From: Antedon mediterranea
Taxonomy: Eukaryota; Animalia; Echinodermata
Assembly: GCF_964355755.1 (NCBI RefSeq)
Contig: NC_092672.1
Location: 13,640,001-13,704,000 of the forward strand
Direction: 5' to 3'
Length of the DNA stretch: 64,000 nucleotides
This document shows positions 63,208 to 64,000 of the stretch, one piece after another. Within the stretch, counting starts at the first letter, position 1. Every line of letters starts with the position of its first letter. The position numbers and the translations under genes are program-made. The notes under the pieces were generated by a model. That model had not been told where the DNA came from and did no database searches. It was given only the letters and a program-made list of their open reading frames with translations.

Positions 63208-63800
63208 AACAATTAAACGAATCTCAACTAGTACCAACAAATGACGACTTGCTGTCGAATCAGTGTGATACATATAATGTAGCTAATGCATACATTCGAC
63301 CGATGTGTTAAGCCATACCGTTTAAAATATAAAAGTTTTTACAGAGATTATAGAGTAATATAATTAATTTGTAATATTAACTGTCAACATGTTTTTTTAA
63401 AACAAAACTGATGACGTGTTACGTTCGATGGTCGTAAAACACCGTTAACGTTATAGAACACTTACGCTACGTTGTCAATTTACATAACAATACAGAGTGA
63501 CGTAAGTAGCGTAAGGTTTATCGAGTCGGACCGTAAAACAAAGACGAAACAGTAAAATATACGTTTCATGGCTATAAATTACGTCATTAACAAAATTTGA
63601 ATATACGCCCATTCGTTTCTCTGTGCATTTTAATAATTAAAAAATCAACTGAAATTACAGTAACATTTTATTCAGAAAAAATACATAATTATTTCTCTAT
63701 TGAAAAAGTATGACGTAACAACATGTAACCTGTAACGTAAATACAGAAGACCTACAATAAACAGTGTAACAGATTCTATTTTTTAATAATTATCTTGATA

Positions 63801-63989
63801 GGTTGGGCCAATCCTGGACGTACTGCAATACCAGGTCAACCCGTGGCCAGGATGGAGCAAGCTCCTATTCCATGGCCTAAATTCAAAAATCAGTTTAATA
63901 TAGAAGCTACTCGATGAGCAGCGTTTCAGATATTAAGCTGAAAAGAACAGATACTACACATGATCTTAGCCAAAAGGCCGAGAAGCGAT
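63801..63989 (-). ncRNA. U2: U2 snRNA copy 56
   Basis: As copy 1. Confidence 0.95.
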
Positions 63990-64000
63990 AACAATTAAAC

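Larger units (their letters stand above)
19273..64000 (-). repeat. U2: U2 snRNA tandem gene array, unit 779-782 bp (794-797-bp variants; two ~1.23-kb units with an insertion), 56 uninterrupted genes, continues off the right edge
   Basis: The U2 5' end (GAGAAGCGAT on +) recurs at 20090, 20870, 21650 … 63207, 63989. Confidence 0.98.

Noticed and set aside
19273-64000. CRISPR-like array or non-genic satellite
   Set aside because: The whole 780-bp unit repeats with no unique spacers, there are no cas genes, and each unit contains a canonical U2 snRNA.

Overview
Eukaryotic (animal, probably echinoderm-like; inferred from the U2 sequence, not verified) AT-rich DNA showing the edge of a U2 snRNA tandem gene array. 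From ~19.3 kb to the window end there are 56 uninterrupted minus-strand U2 genes in ~780-bp units, with haplotype-level higher-order structure. The left 19 kb is a pile-up of retroelements at the array edge. (1) A ~6-kb RTEX-like LINE with open ORFs (PHD/SGNH/CCHC ORF1; APE-RT-Zn ORF2 in the same frame behind a single TAG) splits the outermost U2 gene at nt 37-39, at the branch-point recognition sequence, in the sense orientation. (2) A head-to-tail dimer of a Tx1-clade LINE has its two copies separated by exactly 13 bp of U2 (nt 35-47), the signature expected of a U2-targeting Keno-type element. (3) Rex1/Babar-like fragments, one inserted in the U2 spacer. (4) A TIR element with no visible TSD that carries a nested 28-bp micro-MITE. 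(5) Two satellites. A 450-bp truncated relative of the RTEX-like element lies inside the array and was copied with a 17.65-kb block. Clade and family names come from motif recognition only; no database search was run.
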